A stretch of 64,000 nucleotides of DNA from Bacteroidales bacterium (GTDB lineage: Bacteria; Bacteroidota; Bacteroidia; Bacteroidales; UBA932): positions 16,028 to 80,027 of the forward strand of contig JAGBTG010000042.1 in assembly GCA_017631435.1 (NCBI GenBank), written 5' to 3'. The position numbers were made by a program, and so were the translations under genes. Of this stretch, positions 50,383 through 59,148 are shown in pieces. Numbering within the stretch: the stretch's first letter is position 1; each line of letters starts with the position of its first letter. The notes beneath the pieces are model-generated. The model had not been told where the DNA came from and did no database searches. It saw nothing but the letters and a program-made list of their open reading frames with translations.

Positions 50383-51141
50383 ATGCGTTTATATTGCACA
50401 GACCTTATAAAGATTTACGGAAAACGTACCGTTGTAAAAGGGGTATCGTTTGAGGTCAACCAGGGAGAGATTGTAGGTTTGTTGGGTCCTAACGGAGCCG
50501 GCAAGACAACCAGTTTCTATATGATTACAGGACTTATCAAGCCCAATGGCGGAAAGATATTCCTCGACGATGAGGAGATTACAGATCTTCCAATGTTCAA
50601 GCGCTCGCAGAAAGGACTTGGATACCTTGCACAGGAGGCTTCCGTATTCAGGAAGATGAGTGTGGAGGACAACATCATGTCCGTGATGGAACATACAGAC
50701 CTTACCAAAGAGCAGAGGAAGGAGAGACTCGAGAGCCTCATTGCTGAGTTCAGGTTGGAGAAGGTGAGGAAAAGTTACGGTATACAGCTCAGTGGAGGAG
50801 AGAGAAGAAGATGTGAGATTGCCCGTGCACTTGCCGTTGACCCCAAATTCATTCTTCTCGACGAGCCGTTTGCCGGTGTTGACCCAATTGCGGTGGAGGA
50901 TATCCAGCATATCATTGCCAAACTGAAGAACAAGAACATTGGAATCATCATTACCGACCACAACGTTCACGAGACCCTTGCCATTACAGACAGGGCATAC
51001 CTTCTTTATGATGGAAATATCCTTGAGAGCGGTACTCCAGAGCAGTTGGCAAACAACCCTGAGGTGAGGAAGAGATACCTTGGCCAGAACTTTGAGTTGA
51101 GGAAAGCGGTGTTGCGCAAGCGTGACGAGGATGATGAATAA
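50383..51141 (+). CDS. lptB: LPS export ABC transporter ATP-binding protein
   Basis: Motifs GPNGAGKTT, LSGGERRR and ILLDEPFAGVDP. LptB-like length and C-terminal extension. Confidence 0.9.
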   Translation: MRLYCTDLIKIYGKRTVVKGVSFEVNQGEIVGLLGPNGAGKTTSFYMITGLIKPNGGKIFLDDEEITDLPMFKRSQKGLGYLAQEASVFRKMSVEDNIMSVMEHTDLTKEQRKERLESLIAEFRLEKVRKSYGIQLSGGERRRCEIARALAVDPKFILLDEPFAGVDPIAVEDIQHIIAKLKNKNIGIIITDHNVHETLAITDRAYLLYDGNILESGTPEQLANNPEVRKRYLGQNFELRKAVLRKRDEDDE

Positions 51142-51153
51142 ACAGTTTCTGAT

Positions 51154-52158
51154 ATGAGAAAATTGATCTTTGCAGTTTTTGCAGTTCTTTTTGCAGTTGC
51201 CTGTGGAAATCAGGGTAGGGAGCCTGTAATAATAGATCAGGATGTAATGATAAGACCGGCTTACCTTCAGCCGGGTGATACTGTTGGCCTCATGATTGTG
51301 TCTTCTCCTATGGTTCACAGACCTGGACAGACCGATACCCTCATTGAGGTGGTGAAATCGTGGGGTGTAAATGTGAAGTGCGGCAAGAACCTCTTCAAAC
51401 ATGAGGCAACTCCGTTCAATGTTACTGACCAGGAGCGTGCCCGGGAGTTCATGGAGATGGTCAATGATCCCAATATCAAGGCCATTGTCTTTTACCGTGG
51501 CGGTTATGGTGCAATTAGAACCCTTGAATATGTGGATTTTGAGCAGGTTAAGAAGAATCCAAAATGGATAGTGGGTTTCAGTGATGTAACCACTTATCAC
51601 CTTGCCCTTCAGAATCATGGTATAGAGAGTATCCATGGACCTATGTTGAGTTCATACTGGCAGAAAAAACGCCCCGATCCTGCAGCCAATTCGGTAGGTG
51701 ATGCGTTGTTTGGAAGGGTTAAGGGCTACAAGATTGATCCACACCCATATAACAAATACGGTACAGCAACCGGCAAACTTGTTGGCGGCAACATGACCCT
51801 TATCTCAATTGCAGAGGGTACCCCTTATGATATGCCGGTAGATGACAACACCATTATCTTTGTTGAGGAGATAGGTGAGAGTATGAATGCCATTGACGGC
51901 ATGATGCAGCAGATGGCCAAGAGCGGCAAACTCTCCAAGGCAAAGGCCTTTCTTGTAGGACTCTTTACAGATATATCCGATCTTGAGGACCCATGGGAGG
52001 TGCACCCATATGACCTCATTAAAAGATATACAGATACACTGGACGTGCCTGTAATCTTCGGGTTCCCTGCAGGGCACGGCCGACCTAACTTTGCCATGTA
52101 TACAGGGCGTGAGGTTACAGTTACCGTTGATGAGAACGGCGCGGAAATTGTATTCTAA
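51154..52158 (+). CDS. S66 family LD-carboxypeptidase, probable lipoprotein
   Basis: Lipobox VACG, nucleophile motif GFSDVT and C-terminal FPAGHG. Confidence 0.85.
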   Translation: MRKLIFAVFAVLFAVACGNQGREPVIIDQDVMIRPAYLQPGDTVGLMIVSSPMVHRPGQTDTLIEVVKSWGVNVKCGKNLFKHEATPFNVTDQERAREFMEMVNDPNIKAIVFYRGGYGAIRTLEYVDFEQVKKNPKWIVGFSDVTTYHLALQNHGIESIHGPMLSSYWQKKRPDPAANSVGDALFGRVKGYKIDPHPYNKYGTATGKLVGGNMTLISIAEGTPYDMPVDDNTIIFVEEIGESMNAIDGMMQQMAKSGKLSKAKAFLVGLFTDISDLEDPWEVHPYDLIKRYTDTLDVPVIFGFPAGHGRPNFAMYTGREVTVTVDENGAEIVF

Positions 52159-52182
52159 CCAGTAAGCCTGAAAAATACTGTT

Positions 52183-52593
52183 ATGGAAAAAATTCTGAAA
52201 ATTATTCTGTTGTATCTGGCAATAAATGTTCCGCTTGTTATAGCTGTGTCATTCGTTTCAGTTCCAGTCATCGGACCATATTGGACTTCGGGAGCACTTT
52301 TACTTATCCAATATATTGTCCTGTTATGGTTGTGTCGCAGATTCTTGGGGTGGGATTGCAAACAAACTGTATGGGGTGCAGTTACAGGAGTTCTGATTGG
52401 AGTTCCATTATTGTACTGTATAGGCAACTTCTCATTTGACCTGCTGTTTGAGATTCTTCCCGGGGAGTGGGCTATAGGTCCGGGTTCTGGGCCAGGTGTA
52501 TTATTACTGGCGGTTATTGTTTTTTTTGTGTTGCCGTTGGATCTGTTGGGTGTATGGATGTGCCAGATTGTGGGAAGATTGTGCAAGAAATAA
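52183..52593 (+). CDS. Small 4-TM membrane protein, hypothetical
   Basis: A 136-aa ORF with four hydrophobic helices. G+C is lower than in the flanking genes. No motif recognised. Confidence 0.55.
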   Translation: MEKILKIILLYLAINVPLVIAVSFVSVPVIGPYWTSGALLLIQYIVLLWLCRRFLGWDCKQTVWGAVTGVLIGVPLLYCIGNFSFDLLFEILPGEWAIGPGSGPGVLLLAVIVFFVLPLDLLGVWMCQIVGRLCKK

Positions 52594-52614
52594 GGAGCCT
52601 CCGTCTTCGTAATT

Positions 52615-52716
52615 GGAGCGTGATATGGCCAGATTTTCCGCCCGGAACGGGATGTTTGAAAAAAAGGAGCGGAAAAAATGTCATTTTCCCGCCCGAAACT
52701 TCAATTAAATCTACAA
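52615..52716. repeat. Degenerate tandem duplication of ~51 bp (2 units)
   Basis: Units start with GGAGCG at 52615 and 52666. Each contains ATTTTCC(C)GCCCG(G/A)AAC (52633-52648 and 52683-52699). Confidence 0.55.
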
Positions 52717-52719
52717 TAC

Positions 52720-52841
52720 CCCTACAATTACCCCTTCAACCCCCCTATATCTTCCTGAGTGTTTGGGCAACCCCTTCAATACCCCTTCAATGCTCCTACA
52801 ATACCCCCTACATCTCCCCGAGTGCCTGTGCAACCCCTTCC
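52720..52841. repeat. Short-motif array including a duplicated ispH 3' end
   Basis: CTACAAT(A/T)ACCCC occurs three times and ACCCCTTC(A/C) four times. Minus-strand GAAGGGGTTGCCCAAACACTCAGGAAGATATAG (EGVAQTLRKI*) is a diverged copy of the true ispH end GAAGGGGTTGCACAGGCACTCGGGGAGATGTAG (EGVAQALGEM*). Confidence 0.6.
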
Positions 52842-53674
52842 AGCTGCCATTTTGGGGTGGAGGTTGCACCGCAGATTCCTACGGAGTCGCCTTCTGTGAA
52901 CCACTGCTGGTCTATCTGGTCTACGGTTTGGATGTGGTATGACCTTGGGTTTACAGATTTGCACAAGTCATAGAGCACTTTGCCGTTTGAACTCTCTTTT
53001 CCGCTGATGAACACAATCACTGAATGCTTGCGGGCAAAAGCCACAAGATTCTTGTGCCTCTGGGCAACCTGCCTGCAGATTGTATCGTGGATTGTGAAGT
53101 TTTCCAACGAGCCGCCTGCCGAAACAATGCGCTCCTTAATGGCATCACATATCTCAGTGTATTCTTTGGGGTCTTTGGTGGTCTGGGAAAAAATCTGGAT
53201 TGGTTTTGAGAAGTCCACCTTGCTAAGGCTGGCTATGCTGTCTACCACAATGGCATCCCCACCTGCCTGGCCTACAAGGCCGTTTACCTCTGCATGTCCG
53301 ATTTTCCCAAATATTACTATCTGCCCTTTCCCGGCAGCATATGTTTTCCTTATCCTCTCCTGGAGTTTGAGCACTACAGGGCATGTGCAGTCTATAAGGG
53401 AAATATTGCGCTCTGCGGCCAAAGCGTAGGTTGTTGGGGGCTCTCCATGGGCACGGATAAGTACGGTGGTGTCTGAAAGCTCCTTCATCTGCTCCAGGTC
53501 AACAACCTGCAGACCTATACTGTTGAGCCTCTCCAATTCCGAATTGTTGTGCACAATAGCTCCAAGAGAGTATAGTGCAGATGTCTCTTTCAATCTGGAT
53601 TCAGCTTTCTCAATAGCTCTGATCACTCCATAACAGAAGCCTGAGCCCTCATCTATTTCAATTGCAAGGCGCAT
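52808..53674 (-). CDS. ispH: 4-hydroxy-3-methylbut-2-enyl diphosphate reductase
   Basis: N-terminal GFCYGV, conserved Cys ligands, HNxxE and the SSN motif (ESSNG). Confidence 0.93.
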   Translation of the reverse strand: MRLAIEIDEGSGFCYGVIRAIEKAESRLKETSALYSLGAIVHNNSELERLNSIGLQVVDLEQMKELSDTTVLIRAHGEPPTTYALAAERNISLIDCTCPVVLKLQERIRKTYAAGKGQIVIFGKIGHAEVNGLVGQAGGDAIVVDSIASLSKVDFSKPIQIFSQTTKDPKEYTEICDAIKERIVSAGGSLENFTIHDTICRQVAQRHKNLVAFARKHSVIVFISGKESSNGKVLYDLCKSVNPRSYHIQTVDQIDQQWFTEGDSVGICGATSTPKWQLEGVAQALGEM

Positions 53675-53685
53675 AATCTTTCCTG

Positions 53686-54390
53686 TTATTTCATTTGCAG
53701 TCCAAAACGTTCCAGCAGTATGATGTTAAGCCATACAAACTGCTCAGGGATACTCATGTGGCTATTGTCAAGCAGAAGTGCATCGTCCGCTTTTCTCAGA
53801 GGGGAAACCTCCCTGGTCTGATCCAAATGGTCTCTCTCCTTGAGGTTTTTAAGAACATCATCAAAGGTCTCTTTTCCACCCGCTTCCTGTATCTCCTTGA
53901 ACCTTCTCTGGGCCCTTACCTCAACAGATGCTGTCATGAAAATCTTGAGTTCCGCATTTGGGAATACTGCTGTACCAATATCACGGCCGTCCATTACAAC
54001 ACCCTTTGTTTCCCCAAACTTACGGAGAATGGAATCAACGAACTCCCTTACAAACGGAAGGGCAGCAATCTTGCTCACCTTGTTTGAGATATTCAGTGTG
54101 CGGATCTGCTTCTCCACGCAGGCATTGTTCAGCCAGGTCTGCGATTTGCCGTCGGGACCAATCTTAAAGGAAATTTTGTTTGCGGGAAGGGTGAGTTTCA
54201 ATCCCTCCTCGTTGATTTTTCCCTTGTTGTCTATGAACCCGTTGGTAAATGCATAGTATGTTACTGCGCGGTACATTGCGCCGGTGTCTACGTATACGTA
54301 ACCGAGTCTTGCTGCAACCTGTTTTGCAAAGCTGCTCTTTCCTGTAGAGGAGTGGCCGTCTATGGCTATGATAATTTTAGAATTTTCCAT
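53686..54390 (-). CDS. cmk: Cytidylate kinase
   Basis: P-loop IAIDGHSSTGKSS, plus DTGAMYR and GRDIGT motifs. Confidence 0.93.
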   Translation of the reverse strand: MENSKIIIAIDGHSSTGKSSFAKQVAARLGYVYVDTGAMYRAVTYYAFTNGFIDNKGKINEEGLKLTLPANKISFKIGPDGKSQTWLNNACVEKQIRTLNISNKVSKIAALPFVREFVDSILRKFGETKGVVMDGRDIGTAVFPNAELKIFMTASVEVRAQRRFKEIQEAGGKETFDDVLKNLKERDHLDQTREVSPLRKADDALLLDNSHMSIPEQFVWLNIILLERFGLQMK

Positions 54391-54452
54391 AACTACAAAA
54401 ATACAAATAAAACTTATCTTTGTAAAACAATGTTCTAAAGATAAAGGTGAAG

Positions 54453-55412
54453 ATGAGAAAGGCTATTCTTGATTTGGGTACCAATGTGTTCAATATGATT
54501 CTGTGCGAGTTCACCCCACAAGGGGAGTGCAGGACCGTAAGGGAGTACAAATGCGCGGCCAAACTTGGCGGTGGAGGACTTGCAGACGGACTTATTGCAC
54601 CGGTTGCATATGAGACTGCCACAGCGGCTCTGGAGAAAATTATGGAGCAGATTGAACTGGCCGGAGGAGCGGATGAGATTATACCGTATGCCACATCTGC
54701 GGTGAGGGATGCCAAGAATGGCGCAGAATTTGCTGAGTATCTCAACCGCAAGTTCGGGTTCAAGGTGAGGATTATCCCTGGGGAGCGTGAGGCGGAACTC
54801 ATTTTCAAGGGGATAATGGAGAGTGTGCAGAGATTGAGAGGAGCTGACGGAAAGTTTGCTACCGGAGAGAACGCCCTCATGCTGGATATTGGAGGGGGAA
54901 GCAACGAATTCATCATCACCAACGGAGCGGAAATCCTCTGGAAGAGGAGCTTCCCGATAGGTATGGCCCGCATGCGCGAGAGGTTTGCATACGAAGATCC
55001 CATTCCACAGGAGGTTGCTGCTGAGTTTGTCAAATTCAACGAAGAGGTGCTGGTAGAGTTGTGGGAGATGGTGGAGAAGTTCGGGCCAAGGATTTTTATA
55101 GGATCGTCGGGATCATTTGATACCTTCAAGGACCTTATCTTCAATTGCGGATATGGGGAGCTTCCTTCAATTGAACTTGCCATGGAGGATTTGAGGAAAC
55201 TGGATGACACTTTGGTTGCATCTTTGGCCAGTGAGAGGCTGCAGATGCCGGGTATGTCTCCAATAAGGGTTGATTATATTGTGCTGGCTTCAATTTTTAC
55301 CAGGTATGTTCTGGAGAAACTGCAGCCAAGGATAGTTTACCAGTCGTCGTTCTCCCTTAAGGAGGGTGGCATGAAAGAAGAGTTTGACAATTATTTAAAC
55401 AGTAAAATATGA
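54453..55412 (+). CDS. Ppx/GppA phosphatase family (ASKHA fold) protein
   Basis: Motifs ILDLGTNVFNM and LDIGGGSNEF. At about 320 aa it has no C-terminal HD domain. The ATG at 54453 is preferred over the GTG at 54447. Confidence 0.8.
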   Translation: MRKAILDLGTNVFNMILCEFTPQGECRTVREYKCAAKLGGGGLADGLIAPVAYETATAALEKIMEQIELAGGADEIIPYATSAVRDAKNGAEFAEYLNRKFGFKVRIIPGEREAELIFKGIMESVQRLRGADGKFATGENALMLDIGGGSNEFIITNGAEILWKRSFPIGMARMRERFAYEDPIPQEVAAEFVKFNEEVLVELWEMVEKFGPRIFIGSSGSFDTFKDLIFNCGYGELPSIELAMEDLRKLDDTLVASLASERLQMPGMSPIRVDYIVLASIFTRYVLEKLQPRIVYQSSFSLKEGGMKEEFDNYLNSKI

Positions 55413-56581
55413 AGATACTGATTGTAGATGACGAGAAAAGCATCCGCTTTGCACTCAAGGATATTATTGAGTTTGAGGGGCATGAGGTAGCACTTGCTGC
55501 AGATGGCAAGGAGGGGTTGGAGATGGCCCTGGCAAACAGTTATGATGTGATTTTCTCAGATATCAAGATGCCGGTGATGGATGGTGTGGAGATGCTGGAG
55601 AGAATTGTAGAGAACGGTATTGACACTGCGGTGGTGATGATTTCAGGGCACGGCACAATTGATACTGCCGTAGACTGCATAAAGAAGGGGGCATTTGACT
55701 TTATACAGAAGCCATTGGACCTTAACCGCATACTCATTACCCTAAAGAATGCCACCGACAAGACCTCTCTTGTTAAAGAGACAAAGATTCTGAAGAAGAA
55801 GGTTGAGAAGGTTGCCGGAATTCCTCAGATTGTAGGTGAATCGGAGGCCATTGTGAGGATTAAGGAGATGATAGAGAGGGTTGCGCCTACAGATGCACGT
55901 GTTCTTATAACCGGTTCCAACGGTACCGGCAAGGAGCTTGTGGCAAGATGGCTGCACGAGAAAAGCAACCGCAGCACTATGCCTTTTGTGGAGGTGAACT
56001 GTGCTGCAATACCGGGGGAACTTATTGAGAGCGAACTGTTTGGACATGTGAAAGGTTCGTTTACAGGTGCGGTGAAAGACCATAAAGGAAAATTTGAGCA
56101 GGCCGACGGCGGCACATTGTTCCTTGACGAGATTGGAGACATGAGCCTCAGTGCCCAGGCTAAGGTGCTTAGGGTGCTTCAGGAGAACAAGCTCAGCAGA
56201 GTGGGCTCTGACAAGGATATAAATGTGAAGGTAAGGGTAGTGGCTGCCACCAACAAGAACTTGCTTGAAGAGATTGCCAAAGGGAACTTCCGCGAGGACC
56301 TCTACCACAGGTTGAGCGTGATTGTAATCCACGTTCCGTCACTTGCAGAGCGCAAGGAGGATATTCCACTGTTGGTTAACCATTTCATTGGGCTGATTTG
56401 CAGTGAGACAGGTATGGCCAACCGCGCCATAGCAGATGATGCTGTGGCAGAGCTGCAGAAGCATGCCTGGACAGGCAACATCCGTGAGCTGAGAAATGTT
56501 ACAGAGCGTCTGCTTATTCTTGGCAACCAGACAATTACAAAAGAGGATGTACAGATGTACGCCTCTCCGCTATTCAGATAA
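55409..56581 (+). CDS. Sigma-54-dependent response regulator (receiver + AAA+), lacking a C-terminal HTH
   Basis: Receiver domain (DD, FSDIKMP), AAA+ Walker A GSNGTGKE, GAFTGA variant GSFTGA, Walker B FLDEIG and arginine finger RELRN. The protein ends about 20 aa after the AAA+ domain. Overlaps the upstream gene by ATGA. Confidence 0.88.
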   Translation: MKILIVDDEKSIRFALKDIIEFEGHEVALAADGKEGLEMALANSYDVIFSDIKMPVMDGVEMLERIVENGIDTAVVMISGHGTIDTAVDCIKKGAFDFIQKPLDLNRILITLKNATDKTSLVKETKILKKKVEKVAGIPQIVGESEAIVRIKEMIERVAPTDARVLITGSNGTGKELVARWLHEKSNRSTMPFVEVNCAAIPGELIESELFGHVKGSFTGAVKDHKGKFEQADGGTLFLDEIGDMSLSAQAKVLRVLQENKLSRVGSDKDINVKVRVVAATNKNLLEEIAKGNFREDLYHRLSVIVIHVPSLAERKEDIPLLVNHFIGLICSETGMANRAIADDAVAELQKHAWTGNIRELRNVTERLLILGNQTITKEDVQMYASPLFR

Positions 56582-56583
56582 AC

Positions 56584-57345
56584 ATGAAAAACAGAAGATA
56601 TATGGCAACACAGGTACTTATAAGGACTACATTGGGAGACATTAAGGTTGAGCTTTACGACCAGACTCCTCAACATAGGGATAATTTTATCAAATTGGTA
56701 AAAGAGGGCTATTACAATGGTACCCTTTTCCATAGGGTAATAAAGAATTTTATGGTGCAGGGTGGCGACCCTGATTCAAAAGGTGCCCCTGCAGGAAAAT
56801 CTCTTGGTACAGGCGGCCCAGGCTACACAGTTCCTGCAGAGATTGTTTACCCTGAGCTTTTCCACAAGAGAGGTGCCCTTGCCGCTGCAAGACAGGGTGA
56901 TGAGGTGAATCCTCAAAGGAATTCGTCGGGAAGCCAGTTCTATATTGTGTGGGGTGATGTGTATGCAGGGAGCAAACTTGGTCAGATGGAGAAACAGATG
57001 ACCATGATGTTGGAGCAGGAGATTTTCAACCGCTTGGCGGCAGAGCGCAAGGCCCAGATTATGGATTTGCGCCGCAACAGGGACCAGGCAGGCCTTATGG
57101 AACTTCAGGAGGAACTGATTGCCCTTACAAAGGCTGAGGTTAAGGAGAAAGGGGGATTCAAATTCACTGAGGCCCAGAAAGAGGCTTACAGCACAGTGGG
57201 TGGTACTCCTCACCTTGATAACCAGTACACCGTTTTTGGAGAGGTTGTTGAGGGTCTTGATGTTGTGGAGAAGATCCAGAACTGCACCACTGCCCGCGGT
57301 GACAGACCTAAGGAGGACATTTCAATGACTATGGAGCTTATTTAA
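56584..57345 (+). CDS. Cyclophilin-type peptidyl-prolyl isomerase with a helical insertion
   Basis: Motifs FHRVIKNFMVQGGDP and SQFYIV, with an insertion of about 60 aa before the C-terminal HLDNQYTVFGEVVEG. The ATG at 56602 is an alternative start. Confidence 0.9.
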   Translation: MKNRRYMATQVLIRTTLGDIKVELYDQTPQHRDNFIKLVKEGYYNGTLFHRVIKNFMVQGGDPDSKGAPAGKSLGTGGPGYTVPAEIVYPELFHKRGALAAARQGDEVNPQRNSSGSQFYIVWGDVYAGSKLGQMEKQMTMMLEQEIFNRLAAERKAQIMDLRRNRDQAGLMELQEELIALTKAEVKEKGGFKFTEAQKEAYSTVGGTPHLDNQYTVFGEVVEGLDVVEKIQNCTTARGDRPKEDISMTMELI

Positions 57346-57477
57346 AAGTTACGTCGTCTTTTTGTACAAAATTCTAAAAATCAAATAGATACAAAATAAG
57401 GTTTGCATTTATTTTGCAAACCTTATTTTGTATAGTATTAATAATCAGTGTCTTATACAAAAAGACGACGTAACTTT
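57345..57477. repeat. Nested inverted repeat (22-bp outer arms around a 19-bp hairpin)
   Basis: The outer arm AAAGTTACGTCGTCTTTTTGTA (57345-57366) is the perfect reverse complement of 57456-57477. Confidence 0.8.
57389..57433. terminator. Bidirectional hairpin terminator between convergent genes
   Basis: Stem ATACAAAATAAGGTTTGCA (57389-57407) pairs with TGCAAACCTTATTTTGTAT (57415-57433), with a 7-nt loop and A/T-rich flanks on both sides. Confidence 0.7.
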
Positions 57478-57492
57478 AATGGTTAAAAAAAA

Positions 57493-58920
57493 TTATAGAT
57501 ACTCAACATTCATCTTGTATTTCCATCTGCCAAAGTAGAGGTTCTCGCCTTTCCATTCAACTTCGCCGCGCTGGAAGTCTACCGGTTCGCTGCGCAGGTG
57601 GGTCTTGGCAGGGAAGAACTCTCTTGAGTAGTCTTCGTTCACGTAGTAGCGGTGGCTGTCTATGCTGCCAAAGTAGAAGTGGCGCACTTTGTCATCATCG
57701 CTTTTGCACAGGCCGAATGATGCGTCTACAGGTACCCAGCCTATCCCCTCAAAGTATATTTCACACCAGTCGTGCATGCCGCCCATACCGGGGTGGGCTA
57801 CAAAGCCGCTCTGCCATTTGGCGGGGATGCCGGCGTAACGGGCCATGGCTATGAATGTGAGGCTTACCTGGCCGCAGTCTCCGTGCCTGTTCTTGAGAAC
57901 ATATTCGGGGATATTTTCAAATGTGGTGTATTCCCTTGCGCTTGCCCATGGGATGTTCTCTGCTATGAAGTCAAAGATTCTGAGGGCCTTGTTGTAATGG
58001 TTGGTCTCGCCTGCAATAATGCTGTCTGTAATCTGTTTCAGCTGTGGGGTGAAGATTACATGAGTGTTGCGCTCTGCAGTGTATTTTTTGTAGAGTCCGC
58101 TCTCAGTATTGTAAGGCTTCACATCTTCTGGGCCAAAGTTGAACCAGTGGTCTCTGGTTTCAAGCTCCAGCTGGTAGCCGAATCTGATAGCACTGTCCTT
58201 TATTGCAGGAGCCTCCATGTAGATGCTCTTATGGGGATAGCTGTCGGGAGCAATGATATAGTTATTGTCTGTTGTTGAAAGGAGTTTTATGTTTCCGCTT
58301 CTCTTGTTCTCCCTTGGGTATGGCATCCACACTCTGATCATCTCACCGGCAGGTACCTCGTTGGGCTTTACGGTGATGGAGTAGGTGATCCTCATCTTCT
58401 GCGGTTTTGAGAGGTGCTCAATCTGCCCTTTCCTGGTTTGTGCAATTACAGGTGGAATATGGCTGGCCTTGAAGATATCAAGATCGTCGGGATTAATGCC
58501 TTTAACTTTGTCCCATGCCGCCTTGGCCTCGCGGTCTATTCTGAAAAGGTTCCTTGCGGCTCCCCAGAAGTATTTCTTGGTGCCGTCTATGGTCATGCAT
58601 TCAAGGGCACCGGTGCTCTCCCAGCGGGCAATCTGCTCCGGAGTGACATCCGGAATTATCCCCTTTATGTAGGCCATTACCGTTGTGTCATCTTCTGTGA
58701 ACTCCCCTCGGGTGCGGCGCATTGTCTCAATTTTTGCCTCCAGATCCCAGATTTCTCCAGGTGTAAGCTCTTCAGTGGCAATCTTTGTCCTGATCATCTG
58801 CTCTGCGCAGGTAAAGTTGCCCTCAGTAATTGCTTTAGTGATAGATTCATCGCTTATTTGTTTGGATTTGCAAGAGAATGCTATAAATGCAATAAGGAGA
58901 ATTTTTAAGAAGCTTTTCAT
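57493..58920 (-). CDS. Transglutaminase-like cysteine-protease-fold lipoprotein (copy 1)
   Basis: Lipobox AFSCK. Transglutaminase core triad context: HGDCGQ (Cys), HDW (His) and WVPVD (Asp). Confidence 0.85.
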   Translation of the reverse strand: MKSFLKILLIAFIAFSCKSKQISDESITKAITEGNFTCAEQMIRTKIATEELTPGEIWDLEAKIETMRRTRGEFTEDDTTVMAYIKGIIPDVTPEQIARWESTGALECMTIDGTKKYFWGAARNLFRIDREAKAAWDKVKGINPDDLDIFKASHIPPVIAQTRKGQIEHLSKPQKMRITYSITVKPNEVPAGEMIRVWMPYPRENKRSGNIKLLSTTDNNYIIAPDSYPHKSIYMEAPAIKDSAIRFGYQLELETRDHWFNFGPEDVKPYNTESGLYKKYTAERNTHVIFTPQLKQITDSIIAGETNHYNKALRIFDFIAENIPWASAREYTTFENIPEYVLKNRHGDCGQVSLTFIAMARYAGIPAKWQSGFVAHPGMGGMHDWCEIYFEGIGWVPVDASFGLCKSDDDKVRHFYFGSIDSHRYYVNEDYSREFFPAKTHLRSEPVDFQRGEVEWKGENLYFGRWKYKMNVEYL

Positions 58921-59007
58921 ATTTTATTGGCGTAGCGTTTTTACAAAGTTATTAAAACTTATCTCATTCCATTGGCGGATTAGAAAAAATACAATACCTT
59001 TGCGGCA

Positions 59008-59148
59008 TATATGTAAGTCGTGAACAGAAGATGCATATGGGTAGTGCAAAGTCCCCGCCAGCATAGCATCACACGCAAGTGTAAACCTCTTTCATGCATT
59101 TGGGGCAAATATAAAGAAGGATGTGCCTGGCACATCCTTCTTCTTTTT
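59008..59148 (+). ncRNA. Candidate small RNA (promoter-like box plus strong intrinsic terminator, no gene)
   Basis: A -7 box TACCTTTG lies at 58995-59002. A 12-bp perfect hairpin, AAGAAGGATGTG (59114-59125) pairing with CACATCCTTCTT (59131-59142), is followed by CTTTTT. No plus-strand CDS exists in this spacer. Confidence 0.3.

Noticed and set aside
50389-51636. A 415-aa ORF on the minus strand spanning lptB and the LD-carboxypeptidase gene.
   Set aside because: It runs antisense to two well-supported genes and is exactly in codon phase with them. Its stop at 50389-50391 is the reverse complement of the TTA codon 3 of lptB. It therefore stays open only because the sense codons TTA, CTA and TCA are avoided. 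It has no motifs and a low-complexity, Cys/His-rich composition.
52690-52850. Possible CRISPR array or minisatellite.
   Set aside because: The motifs are only 8-12 bp, irregularly spaced and partly lie inside the ispH coding end. No repeat-spacer periodicity and no cas genes are present.
52467-52973. A 168-aa plus-strand ORF crossing the repeat array and the ispH 3' end.
   Set aside because: It overlaps the end of the 136-aa gene, non-coding repeats and ispH in antisense. Its proline- and serine-rich translation simply reflects the C-rich repeats.
59031-59066. An 11-codon ORF (MHMGSAKSPPA*) inside the candidate sRNA, considered as a leader or micropeptide.
   Set aside because: It is too short and has no supporting signal. 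I cannot distinguish it from chance without conservation or ribosome profiling data.
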